A stretch of DNA of 64,000 nt. Source: Asterias rubens (Eukaryota). Positions 24,279 to 35,860 of this stretch are shown here, one piece after another. The notes under the pieces are model-generated. The model did not search any database. It saw only the letters and a program-made list of their open reading frames with translations, and was not told the origin of the DNA. Every line of letters starts with the position of its first letter. Positions within the stretch are counted from its first letter, which is position 1. Location of the stretch: assembly GCF_902459465.1 (NCBI RefSeq), contig NC_047065.1, positions 5,084,001 through 5,148,000 on the forward strand. Reading direction: 5' to 3'. Made by a program: the position numbers and the translations under genes.

Positions 24279-24814
24279 GAATTAGTTACATTTTCACAGC
24301 TTGGTTTTTCGCGTGCATTACTGACAATTGTAAAACAACAAAAAACTTCATAACCGATCGAAATAAATCAATAAATAAACGATTAAATAAAAAAATGTTT
24401 ATTTTTTACTGCAAAAGGCCCTATACAAAATAAAAGCAATTGTCCTTGAATTTTTAATAATTTTGTGTTTTTCGCCATGAGTACACACTATAGCTTGCCG
24501 AAGTGTGTCAAGCATGATTGTTCCGTGGTCAAGCCAACCTGTATTATACCCTTTTGAAAAATGCACTAAAATAAATTATGTATATTCAGAAGGCGTCGGG
24601 TGTTTAAACTGGATTAAATTGCTTCAAAGGGAATTCAAAACGACACAACGCTGACTTTGTTGCTATGGTAACACAGTGATTCTCGGTGCGGTTTTTTCTC
24701 TTGGAGTGCATTAATGCATGAAAGTGTTCATAGAGTAATATACTTATTCAAGGATGGTTAAAATAACACAGCTTCCTGAGTTAAATATCGCGCGCCTTTA
24801 ATAATTAATAATAT

Positions 24815-25526
24815 TGTAACGATTCCGGGGTGGGGTATGGTTCTTATGAATTTAACCAAGCCGCCACTCTGGAATCTTAAGAAGCCACAGGGGAAGGATG
24901 AAACATAATATTGGGGGATTGTCCTTAAACTCTTCGGATGGGGCACATTGAAATAAATCAACTGTTTTAAACAGAGGGTTGACATTAACCGCAAGGAACT
25001 ACACAGTGTGTATTTTTATTTAATCATACAATCCATGTTCAATCACAAAATGTACATAGCGCCCTCTCTTGATTTAACCGGTATTAACTTAAGGTAATCT
25101 GCAATCAACCAGTTCGCTGGTTCATCATTCGCACGTAGTCGTATACATGGTAGCGTGGCTGCTCGTGTTGCAGTAATTATCTAATGAGATTCGCCAATAA
25201 AGTGAGTAGCATCGTTTGCGTTTGTGTGTGTGTTCTTGAATGGTCTTGAGGTCTTGAGTGGCGATCTCTAGTCTGGAAGCGACGGAGCTCCCTCTCGTTG
25301 TTTTCGTCCCCTTTTAAAGCCTAGCAGAAGTACGCGCTGCACGCAGCTTGCCTAAGCCAGAGAACTGATTGGTTAATTTATAAGCGTTAAGAAGACAATG
25401 TAAACACATTTTGGTAGCGTGCGCGCTAGCAGTTTGTAAGTGTGCGCGTAAAGCGCACGCGAACGCACAGTCCCATACGCACAACCAAATGTGTGAACAC
25501 TTAATTTAGCTGAAGTTAAACTTACA
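24815..25526. mobile_element. Candidate solo LTR (~710 bp)
   Basis: Bounded by TGTAAC...CTTACA and CpG-rich. On the minus strand it has CCAAT-like (~25370), TTTAAAA (~25315) and AATAAA (~25020) motifs in the expected order. There is no clean TSD (ATAT vs ATAA) and no second copy in the window. Confidence 0.3.
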
Positions 25527-25656
25527 ATAATGGTGAATTAGCAAGACATTATAAATAAAGAGATAGCATTTAAGTTGTCTCAACAACTCTATAATTAATT
25601 CTAAAACGCAAGGCAGTTTTCGCCACAATATAAAATTGTTTTATTATTGCTATTAA

Positions 25657-26036
25657 AGGCAGTGGACACTATTGGTAACTACTCAAAATAATTATTAGCA
25701 CAAAACCATACTTGGTGACGAGTTATGGGGAGAGGTTGATGGTATACAACATTGTGAAAAACAGCTCCCTCTGAAGTGACATAGTTTTCGAGAAAGAAGT
25801 AATTTTCCCCGAATTTGATTTCGCGACCTCAGATTTAAAATTATTTTGAGGTCTCGAAATCAACCATCTAAACTCACACAACTTCGTGTGTGGGTATTTT
25901 TTTCTTTCATTATTATCTCGCAACTTCGATGACCGATTGAGCTCAAATTTTCACAGGTTTGTTATTCTATGCATATGTTGAGATACACCAAGTGTTAAGA
26001 CTGGTCTTTGACAGTTACCAATAGTGTCCAGTGTCT
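25657..26036. mobile_element. Kolobok-like MITE family 1, full copy
   Basis: ttaa|aggcagtggacactattggtaac ... ttaccaatagtgtccagtgtct|ttaa. Confidence 0.88.
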
Positions 26037-26040
26037 TTAA

Positions 26041-26410
26041 GACACTGTACACGTTTGGTCATTGTCAAAGACCAGTGTTCTCACTTGATGTATCCCATCA
26101 TAAGCATACAATAACAAGCCTGTGACAATTTGGGCTCAATTGGTCATCAAAAGTTGCGACAAAATGATGAAAGAAAAACACCCTTATTGGTCGAATTTGT
26201 GTGCTTTCATATAGGAATAACAGACTTCTAGCTAGAAGTCTTTTATTATTTTAGTGAGAAATCACCTCTTTCTCAAAAACTACGTTACTTCAGAGGGAGT
26301 TGTTTCCCACAATGTTTTATACTATCAACAGCTCTCCCATGCTTGTTACCAAGTCAGCTTTTAAGTTAATAGTATTTGTTTTGAGTAATTACCAAGCGCG
26401 TACCTTCCCT
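26041..26410. mobile_element. Kolobok-like MITE family 1, opposite orientation, sharing TTAA 26037-26040
   Basis: ttaa|gacactgtacacgtttggtcattgtc ... attaccaagcgcgtaccttccct|ttaa. Confidence 0.85.
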
Positions 26411-27734
26411 TTAAGCCTAATATCCTTCCTTTTTATTTTAACAATGCGCTATATTTTTAAAATATTTTTTTAAAAACTATTCTCTCGCAATTTCGACGAC
26501 CAATTAAGTTAAAATTTTCACATGATTGTTATTGTATGCATATTTTATGTTTAGATAAGTTTTATTGTACTGTATTGTGAAGTATTGTGTTGTTGAGATA
26601 CAACTAGTGAGAAGACTGGTCTTTGAAAATTACTATTATTGTCCCGTGCCTATAATGCTTTTACTTTACACAATCATAACGTTTATTAAAGCACCGTATA
26701 CTAAAAACTTTCCCGAGTTTGTGTGAACAGGAAAAACACAGACAGATCACTTGGTTGGAATTACGAACCCACGACCTTTGCATAGTACTGTTAGGACAGA
26801 TGTCTAATATACAACAGAGCTCAAAAGATACGGATTAAACAATCAAAAATGTCAAAGACCAGTTGGTCTCACTCGGTGAATACTCAACATACATTAACAA
26901 ACCTGTGGAAATTTGAACTCAATATTGGTCTTCGGAGTTGCGAATAAATAATTGGGAAAAAAAACACCTTTGAAGCACAAGTTAGTGTGGTTTTAGATGC
27001 TTGAATTCGGGACCTCAGCTGAGGTCTCGAGGGGAAAAAAACAAAATCATTGGCTATTTTGATGTACAAACAACAAATTGCCGCCCTTGTACGTTAAAGA
27101 TGCATTTTGCGCGGGTTAGACTCTATGGTTGTATCCAGCTGTTTCTATAGCAACGTCACTCCCGAGTTTTATGACCACCAAGGTTGGAAAACCGTGGAAA
27201 GCCATAAATGCAATGTAAAACCAGATAGAAGTTTGTAACAATGTCACACAATATTCAAACATTATAAGATGAATTTGTTGGAAACAAAGAAAACAATCAT
27301 GGGGGGGGGGTATTTTATTAAATTGACATTTTTCAGAACATACTGAAGTAAAGTGGGTACACCTTTTACCGGGATTGAGTGTTTCATAAACGGCGTTCGG
27401 CCGTCCATGCAAACCAGCGGATTCGTTTAACATAGGCCCTTAGCGAATCCACGGCTTCGGCTTTGGATGCGGCTTCAGGCTTCTTTCTCTGGTCTGAAAC
27501 CCTGAGCGCGTATACGCAAAGCACGCGTAAATTGTCATAACAAACTGCGAGCCCCAAACTATACAATAGCCTGAGCCGATTCTGGAGCCGAAACCATGGT
27601 TGCGTCACAGGGCCATAGAAATGTCTATTATTATCAGCCCCATCTCAGTAGACACTGACGTACAACGGCTCTTTACTCTTAGTTGATAAGTTGAGGTGAT
27701 GAACATGTCCTTGTAGTTTTGTCGAGGTTAGCTT

Positions 27735-27742
27735 TATATAGA
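27735..27742 (+). promoter_or_regulatory. Putative TATA box of the C-type lectin gene
   Basis: TATATAGA ~40 bp upstream of the ATG at 27780. Confidence 0.5.
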
Positions 27743-27779
27743 TCACTGCGTTTTCTCCGGTTGAAATTAGTACTCAGAA

Positions 27780-28292
27780 ATGGCGTTGTTGCAGTCTTCA
27801 ATCACCCTGCTGACTTTCTCATCATTTCTCGCGAGTAGTTTCTTCGTTTCCACCACCAAGGCCTGTTCAAACTGCCGCGAGCCGTGGGTGGAATTCAACG
27901 GTCACTGTTACTTAATGGTCACGGACAAACGCAACTTTCAGGATGCGGAAAATAACTGTCAATCCCGTTCGAAGTCTTGCAGACCGTCGCATCTCATCAC
28001 AGTCGAGAGCGAGGAAGAAAACCTCTTTCTGAAGAACTACACCATCGCTGTGTTCGGACCAGGCCACTTTGCTCTGTGGATCGGGCTCAACAATAAGGCT
28101 GTCTCTGGGGACTTCGTCTGGGTCGACGGGAGCGAAGCGACTTACCGTAATTTTAAGACGGGGGAGCCGAGCAATAACTGGGGCGAGGACTGCGTGGTTC
28201 TGTGGTATGGGGAGGAATGGAATGACTTCCCCTGCTCGAATGATGTCGAGTTTGTGTGCAAGATGCCCGGTAGATTTTCACGTTATAACTAA
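27780..28292 (+). CDS. Secreted C-type lectin (echinoidin/perlucin-like), single exon, 170 aa
   Basis: Signal peptide followed by a long-form CTLD: CREPWVEFNGHCY, AENNC, HLITVESEEEN, WIGL, FVWVDGS, EPSNNWGEDC, WNDFPC, FVCK. Confidence 0.93.
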   Translation: MALLQSSITLLTFSSFLASSFFVSTTKACSNCREPWVEFNGHCYLMVTDKRNFQDAENNCQSRSKSCRPSHLITVESEEENLFLKNYTIAVFGPGHFALWIGLNNKAVSGDFVWVDGSEATYRNFKTGEPSNNWGEDCVVLWYGEEWNDFPCSNDVEFVCKMPGRFSRYN

Positions 28293-28736
28293 ATGCAAGT
28301 GAGTATAATAAGAGGAGGAATGGAAATAAGTTGAGAAATTAACTTGACTGTGTGGATACTAATCGCAATTGGTGTTGATTTTTGGCCACCCCCACTCCCC
28401 CCCCTCCCCCCCACCAATTGAAAAGGTATATATTATGATCTTTCAAAGGAGTACCAAGCTATCTATTTAAAGAACAAAAACTTAAAACATCCGTCTCCAA
28501 AAGCATAATTTGATCGGACCAACTTCCGGTAAATATTACTGTTTTGTGTTTCACGTTAGGTTTGCATGAAATTATATGAGAATTAGCCATTAACAATTAA
28601 TATCACTCCTTAAGGCTGATATTGCTTTTATGATTTCTCAACGAGTAAAGCATTTCATGGAATAATATTTCAAGAGAAGTCTTTCACCATTAAATCTGTG
28701 AACTTGTTCTGTTCCGAAAGTGTCTAATGGCTTTAA

Positions 28737-29065
28737 AGACACGGACACTATTGGTAATATTGTCAAAGACCAGTCTTCTCCCGTGTATCTCAACATATGC
28801 ATCACATAACAAACCTGTGAAAATTTGAGCTCAATTGGTCGTCGGAGTTGCGAGATAACTATGAAAGAAAAAAACACCCTTGTCACACGAAGTTGTGTGT
28901 TTTCAGATGCTTGATTTCGAGACCTCAAATTCCAAACTTGAGATATCGAAATCAAATTCGTGGAAAATTACTTCTTTCGCGAAAACTATAACGTCACTTC
29001 TGAGGGAGCCGTTTCTCACAATGTTTTATTCTTATCAACAGCTCCCCATTACTCGTTACCAAAAT
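28737..29065. mobile_element. Kolobok-like MITE family 1, 3'-truncated, sharing TTAA 28733-28736 with a family-3 fragment
   Basis: ...gaaagtgtctaatggct|ttaa|agacacggacactattggtaat... Confidence 0.75.
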
Positions 29066-29701
29066 AAGGTTTCTAGGAATACATTATCTGAGAGGCAATA
29101 CTGTTAGTATAAAGTGCTTATATTATTTATTTGTTTGTAAACAAAAATATTTTATTTGGGGGGGGGGACTTCAAACTTGTAATTTATCTGCAACCACATC
29201 ATTACTTCCAAGTGAAATAATTCCCAAAACGCTTTCGAAGGCTGATGTTGTTCTAACCAAGTATTTGCCATTCATTTCAGAAGACTGATTACCAAACGTA
29301 TACCTCCCCTTTAACTGTATACCTTTGAGCGAAAATTTCGATATGCTTAGCAAAAGTGTCAATGCTGTGTGTGGCTTAACAGCTGTATAAATAACCTGCT
29401 ATATACCGCGTTTGTATTAGACTTTAACTCAAGTCCAAATCCAGTGCCATCGCCAGAAATGTTCTGCTTATCTTATCCCAAACACCTGTTCTGTATACGG
29501 CTTGTTTGCTAGTTGGCCCGATATATGCTTAGGGACCTCTCACACGAAAACGGGACTTGAATCAAGTCTACGTTTTTATAGATTTGCATCATCAATAATA
29601 CAGGTCCCTTTATTGAGGACAGACGAGCATTTTTGTGCACTCTCTGTAATACACGAACATGAAGTTTATTGATTGTACTGCGCCTACCTATTTTAATAAA
29701 G

Positions 29702-29913
29702 GTACTCATTTTGCAAGCTGTCCACTGAACATGAAAGACCCTTTTTATACCCTTTGCTACTCATCAGATGTTCAGGTTCATTAAAACATGAGTGCTTTCA
29801 GTAAAACAGCCATAACTTCTCTTTAAGAAATGATACATTTGTTTCATTCTTTTGTTCTTTAGAAAAGCAGGAAAGAATGCTTGTTGTGCTTCACTGGGGT
29901 TTAGATTGTCAGT
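29702..29913. repeat. Dispersed ~210-230 bp repeat; second copy at 37648-37878 in the DHRS1 3' region
   Basis: Shared blocks gtactcattttg(c/t)aagctgtccac, aaacatgagtgctttcagt, agaaatgat..atttgtttcatt, tgtgcttcact. Confidence 0.75.
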
Positions 29914-31099
29914 TTATTTCTGATTTTTCTGGACAGCTTGCAAAATGTGTACAAAATGGGCAATACTAAAAGGCAAGACTAGTTTGGTCTGCTTTTTTAA
30001 GGAGGAATTATTTCGACTATAATGGTAAAACAAACCAAATGGCCACGAAATAGCAAACCTACGCTGTGTTTCAAAATGGCGGACTCTACAAAAGGCGGAA
30101 AATGTCAATGGAATCGTCAACAACAAAAATGAAATACCTTGAAGCATAACAAATGAATAATGTTGATAAAATTACAAAGACCAAGTTCCTTTACTTTAAA
30201 ATAAAATGAATTTTTTTTTTTTTTTTTGGAACCTGCATTTTTGATCGATGAAGGGCAAACCTGTACGTGTTTCTTGTTATCAACCCATTTTCGCGTAGCT
30301 CTCGGAAATTGTTTCGGTCAGATATTTTCGTCAGAAACTTGCCCGTCAATATTAGTCGCCAAAAACACGCCAAGTGTGACTTAATGTCCTGAATATATTG
30401 GATTTATTAATAATTAGTCCTGTGGTTAATCCGTGTTGTTATACAGACTACAAAACGCGCTTTAAAAACACTGGGCTGATTTCACAAAGCAATAAAATTA
30501 ATCGTAAGACAAATTGTCAGTATCACCATAGTGATCTCTGTTGTGACATCACGCATTACTTAGCAACTACCATTGATATGTAGCTATTAGCATATAAAAA
30601 CTTACTTGGAAACGAGCAAAGGAGAGATGTTGATAGTATAAAACATTGTGAGGAACGGCTCCCTCTGAACATAGTTTGCGAAAAAGAGGCAATTTTTCAC
30701 TCAAACAATATTTTAAAACGTCAGCTGAAGCCTTCATTTCTTCTTGAAAGCACACAAACTTGTACTTTAGTATGTTTTTTTTTTTCGTTTATGACCCTTC
30801 TCTTGCAACTTCGATTACCAGTTGATTCCAAGTGAGAAAAACTGGTCTTTGACAATGACCAAACGTGTCCATCCCCATATCTTTAAGAAGCCTCTGTATT
30901 GTTTGATATTTCATTAAATGCAATATCTTGTAAACGAATAGGTTGCAGTGGGTTAGCCCTAGACACGCAAACGTTGCTTGTAATTAAATTGCGATCTATA
31001 AATTTGCCTTAATTCGACACGATGGGGTGTTTTATTAATGTGGTTGTCATAGGAACCGCACCCTCTTTTATGAACTGAGAGAAGGCGTATACCTGTTAA

Positions 31100-31473
31100 A
31101 GGCAGTGGACACTATTGGTAATTACTCAAAATAATTATTAGCATAAAACCTTTCTTGGTGACGAGTAATGGGGAGAGGTTAATGGTATAAAACATTGTGA
31201 GAAAAGGCTCCCTCTGAAGTGCCATAGTTTTCGAGAAAGAAGCAATTTCCCACGAATTTGATTTCGAGACCTCAGATTTAGAACTTGAGGTCTCGAAATC
31301 AACCATCTAAACGCACACAACTTCGTGTGACATGGGTGTTTTTTGTTCTTTCATTATTATCTCGCAATTACTTCAATGAGCTCAAATTTTCACAGGTTAG
31401 TTATTTTATGCATGTTGAGATACACCAACTGTGAAGGCTAGTCTTTGACAGTTACCAATAGTGTCTAATGGCT
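31100..31473. mobile_element. Kolobok-like MITE family 1, full copy
   Basis: ttaa|aggcagtggacactattggtaattactc ... ttaccaatagtgtctaatggct|ttaa. Confidence 0.88.
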
Positions 31474-32048
31474 TTAAATTAAACCTGATCAATAACTTCT
31501 CATGATGGTTTTGCAGAAATCAATATCTCGGTCTTGCCGATTATGCTCGCTGGCGATACTGAAGGTTTGATAATTACTTCCGTAACTCGTGCACTTGGTT
31601 AGGGGCTCTGAATGGTCATAGTTAGCTTGGTTTATATCAAAGGCACTGCACACTTTTGGTAATTGTCATAGGCTAGTATTCTCACTTGGTGTATCCCCAC
31701 CATACGCATAAAATGACAAAATCTAGGAATTTTGGTTCCAAAAACCAAACGTATGCTTTGCTTTTCAAAAAGGTATCACAAGTGGTCAGTTCGTGGTATG
31801 TCACATCATGCATTCTTTCAACATGACGTCTTATAAATTATTTATTTTTTATTCAATTCTAACTGCAGAAACAAGAACAGTTTTTTGAATCGACAACATT
31901 GCGCAAGACCTCAAGACATTGAACGGAGTACAATCAGTGATGTGGAAAAGGGCAGTCCGGGCAACAATTAGAACTTCAGAGACAATGAGGTTAGAGACAC
32001 ATCCACTTAGGATCATAATCGTCACCGTTTACACAAAGAGCCACTTAA

Positions 32049-32377
32049 AAGGGAAGGTACACGTACGTTTGGTTATTATTACTAAAAAAAAAATATTAAC
32101 TTAAAAACTGACTTGGTAACGAGCATTGGAGCTGAACGGCTCCCTCTGAAGTAGCATAGATTTCACTAAAATAAAAGACTTCTAGCCAGAAGTCTTTTAT
32201 TCATATCTTAAAGCACACAAATTCGTCCAACAAGGGTGTTTTTTTCTCTCATCATTTTCTCGCAACTTCGATGACCAATTTAGCTCAAATTTTGACAGGC
32301 TTATTATTTTATGCTTATGTTGGGATTACCAAGTGAGAAAACTTGTTTTTGACAATAACCAAACGTAAACCTTCCCT
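32049..32377. mobile_element. Kolobok-like MITE family 1 (gggaagg TIR variant)
   Basis: ttaa aagggaaggtacacg...tttggtt ... taaccaaacgtaaaccttccct|ttaa. Confidence 0.75.
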
Positions 32378-32489
32378 TTAAATTTTTAAAGGTTCTGACA
32401 CGCCCGCAGTATCTTTTTGAACTCATCAACCCACCCCCCCCCCAAAAAAAACAAAAAAAAAACAAAAAACAAACAAAAAACAGTCTGCT

Positions 32490-32790
32490 GTATAAAAACA
32501 TCAGGATCTCACTTGCTGGTACCTATAGAACAAGAACAATTCGTTACGAAGACCGTGCTTTTGCCAAAGCTGCTCCTGCCCTGGAGTAAGCTCCCTGTCA
32601 CTTCGTACTCGACAACTTCAAGAGGGAACTGAAGTCATACTTGCTCACTTTAGACTTACTGGGTTTTATTTAATAACCACAAGGAGTAATATCTATCACT
32701 TTCATTTTGTATGTGTTTATTTTTGTGTGTAGGCGCCTTTATCGGCTTTCTGTAGAAGTGAGCTAAAGAATTATTGTTTTTATTAGTATT
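32490..32790 (+). mobile_element. Decayed L2-type LINE 3' end
   Basis: Frameshifted LLVP..RT.RYEDRAFAKAAP..W..LP....NFKRELKSYL, followed by a 3' UTR ending gtgtaggcgcctt...aagtgagctaaagaattatt. Confidence 0.65.
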
Positions 32791-33725
32791 TATGGCCAAA
32801 CGCTTGATTGAGATTTACATTACTGTGCTTGGCTTAAAACTGCAAGTCTGCAACAACTAGGCCATGCAGTTCTCTAAGAGTGTTTAAAAGTGTAACCTCT
32901 CCTCTGACTAACTAATTTCTGTAAATAATATGTATTGGCTGCTAATTGGCATATTAATTAAATAAGTACGTGATATTATATCTAGAACTTGTATATTATA
33001 AATCTAGTGCATTGGTTGACTGTGAAAGTTTGAGCCCAATCGGTCATTGGAGGCACGATTAAATAGTGAAGAATCTAATTATATTATTTCTTTCACTGTT
33101 TTCACAATATTATAGGACCTACATCAGATCAGGTTTAATTATCGATTTCTCAAAACTGATTCTAGCAAAATTTAATGTTTCAAGTTAAGTTTTCCACGTC
33201 AGTAGACCCGACATACGGTTAAATAATGATGTGGACAACTGCGCATAAAGCTACTCATAACGCCAGTCAAAGATACGTGAAATGGTCCTTGGCTGGTAAC
33301 CATTGAGTTGTGATTAGCTACTTTTGGTGTGTGCTTAAGCAGCTCTTTGAAATCAAAGCCTTAATCTGGTAAGCATATTTTTGTTATGCTTAACTTGTTT
33401 TTGTGCTTTATAAGCAGCTCCATTTTTGGAGACTGATGGGCGATGCCATTGTATTGCTTCGACAACCGGCAATAACGAACTGTCATTGTCAAGTCAAGTG
33501 TCAACAGTCAAATTTGTGGTTAGATGAAGTATGAAAAAAACATAATCATTTGAACATTTCGGACAAAAGCACAAAACTTGTTCCATCATATGGCGGTCAT
33601 TTTGGATTTTCAAGTTGCAGCCATAGTAAGTCTTCGTGGTCCCTATTAAAAAATGTTGTCTGACTAAAGAATGGTCACATTGACTTTAAAAACCGGAATC
33701 CATGTTCTGCGAGATTGCCCATTAA

Positions 33726-34094
33726 AGATGCTATGCCAGATTTTTGGCCGATTTAACCCCAAAATTTTGATTTAAAATTCAATAGGTATTTTGATGGGGG
33801 TCGAGAAACTTACAAAAATTCATTTGAGCCATTGCTCGAAAAGGTCCGCCAATTATTAGTAGCAGTGAAATAAAGTGTTCAAAACTAGTTTTTGTCGGGA
33901 TCACGACCATATATCACGTGACCAACTCTTATGTGTTTTATAATAAACGTTTTAAATTTTTGTCAAGGTTCCTGACCATTAAAAGTAAAAGCTACACTTG
34001 TTTTCGTTAGAGCGGGTGATGCTCTTTGAAATACCATTCACTAAAAAAAATCTATTTTGTAATGTTTGGGGGCCAAAAATCTGGCACAGCATCT
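33726..34094. mobile_element. Kolobok-like MITE family 4
   Basis: ttaa|agatgctatgccagatttttggcc ... ggccaaaaatctggcacagcatct|ttaa. Confidence 0.85.
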
Positions 34095-34386
34095 TTAAAC
34101 ATCAACTTGGGTTTTGTTAGTCTATTATTATTAATCAATATTAACGAAGTTGAACTGATAGGAAAGATAGACGTTTTTTGATGGACCATTCCGATGAAGC
34201 TATTATTAATTGCGTTGCTAAATATCTTTGTGTTTACAAAAAATCAAACTGCGTGATTAGGTTTATATTAGGCAATGTTTTTATGTTGTGTTCTAAGTCA
34301 ACACAGTTATTAGTGTTTTCGTACGGCGTTTTCTGCACTAATTGTTATTTTGTACTCGGTCTAAATGGGAGGGATCTAACACTTAA

Positions 34387-34763
34387 AGGCAGTGGACACT
34401 ATTGGTAATTACTCAAAATAATTATTGGCATAAAACCTTTCTTGGTGACGAGTATGGGGAGAGGTTGATAATATAAAACATTGTGAGAAACGGCTCCCTC
34501 TGAAGTGCCATAGTTTTCGAGAAAGAAGTAATTTTCCACGAATTTGATTTCGAGACCTCAGGTTTAGAATTTGAGGTCTCGAAATCATCTAAACGCACAC
34601 AACTTCGTGTAACAAGGTAGGGTGTTTTTTCTGTCTTCATTATCTCGGAACTTCGATGACCGATTGAGCTCAAATTTTTACAGGTTTGTTATTTTATGCA
34701 TATGCTGAGATACACCAACTGTGAAGGCTAGTCTTTGACAATTACCAATAATGTCCACTGTCT
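34387..34763. mobile_element. Kolobok-like MITE family 1, full copy
   Basis: ttaa|aggcagtggacactattggtaattactc ... attaccaataatgtccactgtct|ttaa. Confidence 0.88.
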
Positions 34764-35325
34764 TTAATAAAGGATTGTAATTAGGGACCAATCATTTTCT
34801 AGATTCAACATTTTCAAATGCTTAGGTAATGGATTGGTCCCTTATTATTACAACCCTTTTGATTAACCTTAACATCCCTCTCATTATAGGGTGTATAATA
34901 CTCATGTTTACCCTCCCCAGGGTTATGAGGTTTGTTCCACTTTCAGAATATAATAAACTACACTACAGTATAATCAATATTTTATCAAGATAATTAAAAG
35001 ATTAATTTCCCCACATAACCTTGCACAGAACAAATGCTCACGTGTTGGCCTATGTCCCAATTCTCACGGTATTAAACAATGGTGGTTGCTTGTTGGCTTT
35101 TGTTCCCATGTGCGTCACAATATTAAACAGGCTGAGCGTGTTTCCCCGCTAAATTAGTTCATTTTAAACGCGGTTGTTGATAGGCCTACACCTGTTTGTA
35201 TAGACTTGCAAAACATTATGCACCAGTTTAATTTGTTTGCAATGCATGGCGCATAACCATCTAGCTATGGATTTTGTTTTGTTGTGTTCTTTATTAATTC
35301 AGATTTTGGGGGTTGAACAAAGAAT

Positions 35326-35398
35326 TGATTAGAGTGGGATTCGAACCAACGACCTCCGGATTAACGTGCCGGCGCTCTACCAACTGAGCTATCTAGCC
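35326..35398 (-). pseudogene. tRNA-like cloverleaf (73 nt, GTT at the anticodon position), probably a SINE head or tRNA pseudogene
   Basis: GGCTAGA TA GCTC AGTTGGTA GAGC G CCGGC ACGTTAA TCCGG AGGTC GTTGG TTCGAAT CCCAC TCTAATC A. Spacing is canonical and the A/B boxes are intact. However, it has A32/C33 instead of Y32/U33, mismatches in three stems and no T4 terminator. Degenerate copies lie at ~45965-46065 (minus) and ~56360-56432 (plus). Confidence 0.7.
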
Positions 35399-35569
35399 CT
35401 ATGTTGGCGGTGTTCCTTAATTAATTAATTCTGAAAAGATTTTGTTCATCCATACTTTATAACAACACGTCCGGGACGTCTATGCGCCGTACAAAATAGC
35501 ATCTGAACTACTTTTAAGTACGTTATCTAGGCACCATCTTTGCTCCATACACTATAGGGCCTACATAAT

Positions 35570-35860
35570 ATGCATCCAGGTCATGGCTGGATTTTTTCTT
35601 TTCTTTGAGAGGGCAAGGCCACTTTCCTTTGGAAAACCTAAAAGTCTATGGAAATGTTTTGAGGGGCACCAAGGCCAAGACCAAAGAAACGGAGGCCATT
35701 GACTCTACTGTGGCCACGGAATTGCCCATTATGCATCCATGTCATGGCTGAATTTTTTTTCTCTTTGAAAGGGCAAGGCCACTTTCATTTCAATCTAAAA
35801 GTCTATGGGCATGTTTTGAAGGGGCACCAATGCCAAGACCAGGGCAACGGAAGCATGCTC
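35570..35860. repeat. Two tandem ~150-160 bp copies of a dispersed repeat
   Basis: atgcatcca(g/t)gtcatggctg...agggcaaggccactttc...ggggcaccaa(g/t)gccaagacca appears twice. Related pieces lie at ~43620-43725, ~55400-55460, ~59965-60125 and ~61560-61630. Confidence 0.7.

Noticed and set aside
35326-35398. Functional tRNA-Asn(GTT) gene
   Set aside because: It lacks U33, has mismatches in the acceptor, anticodon and T stems, has no oligo-T terminator, and has degenerate dispersed copies.
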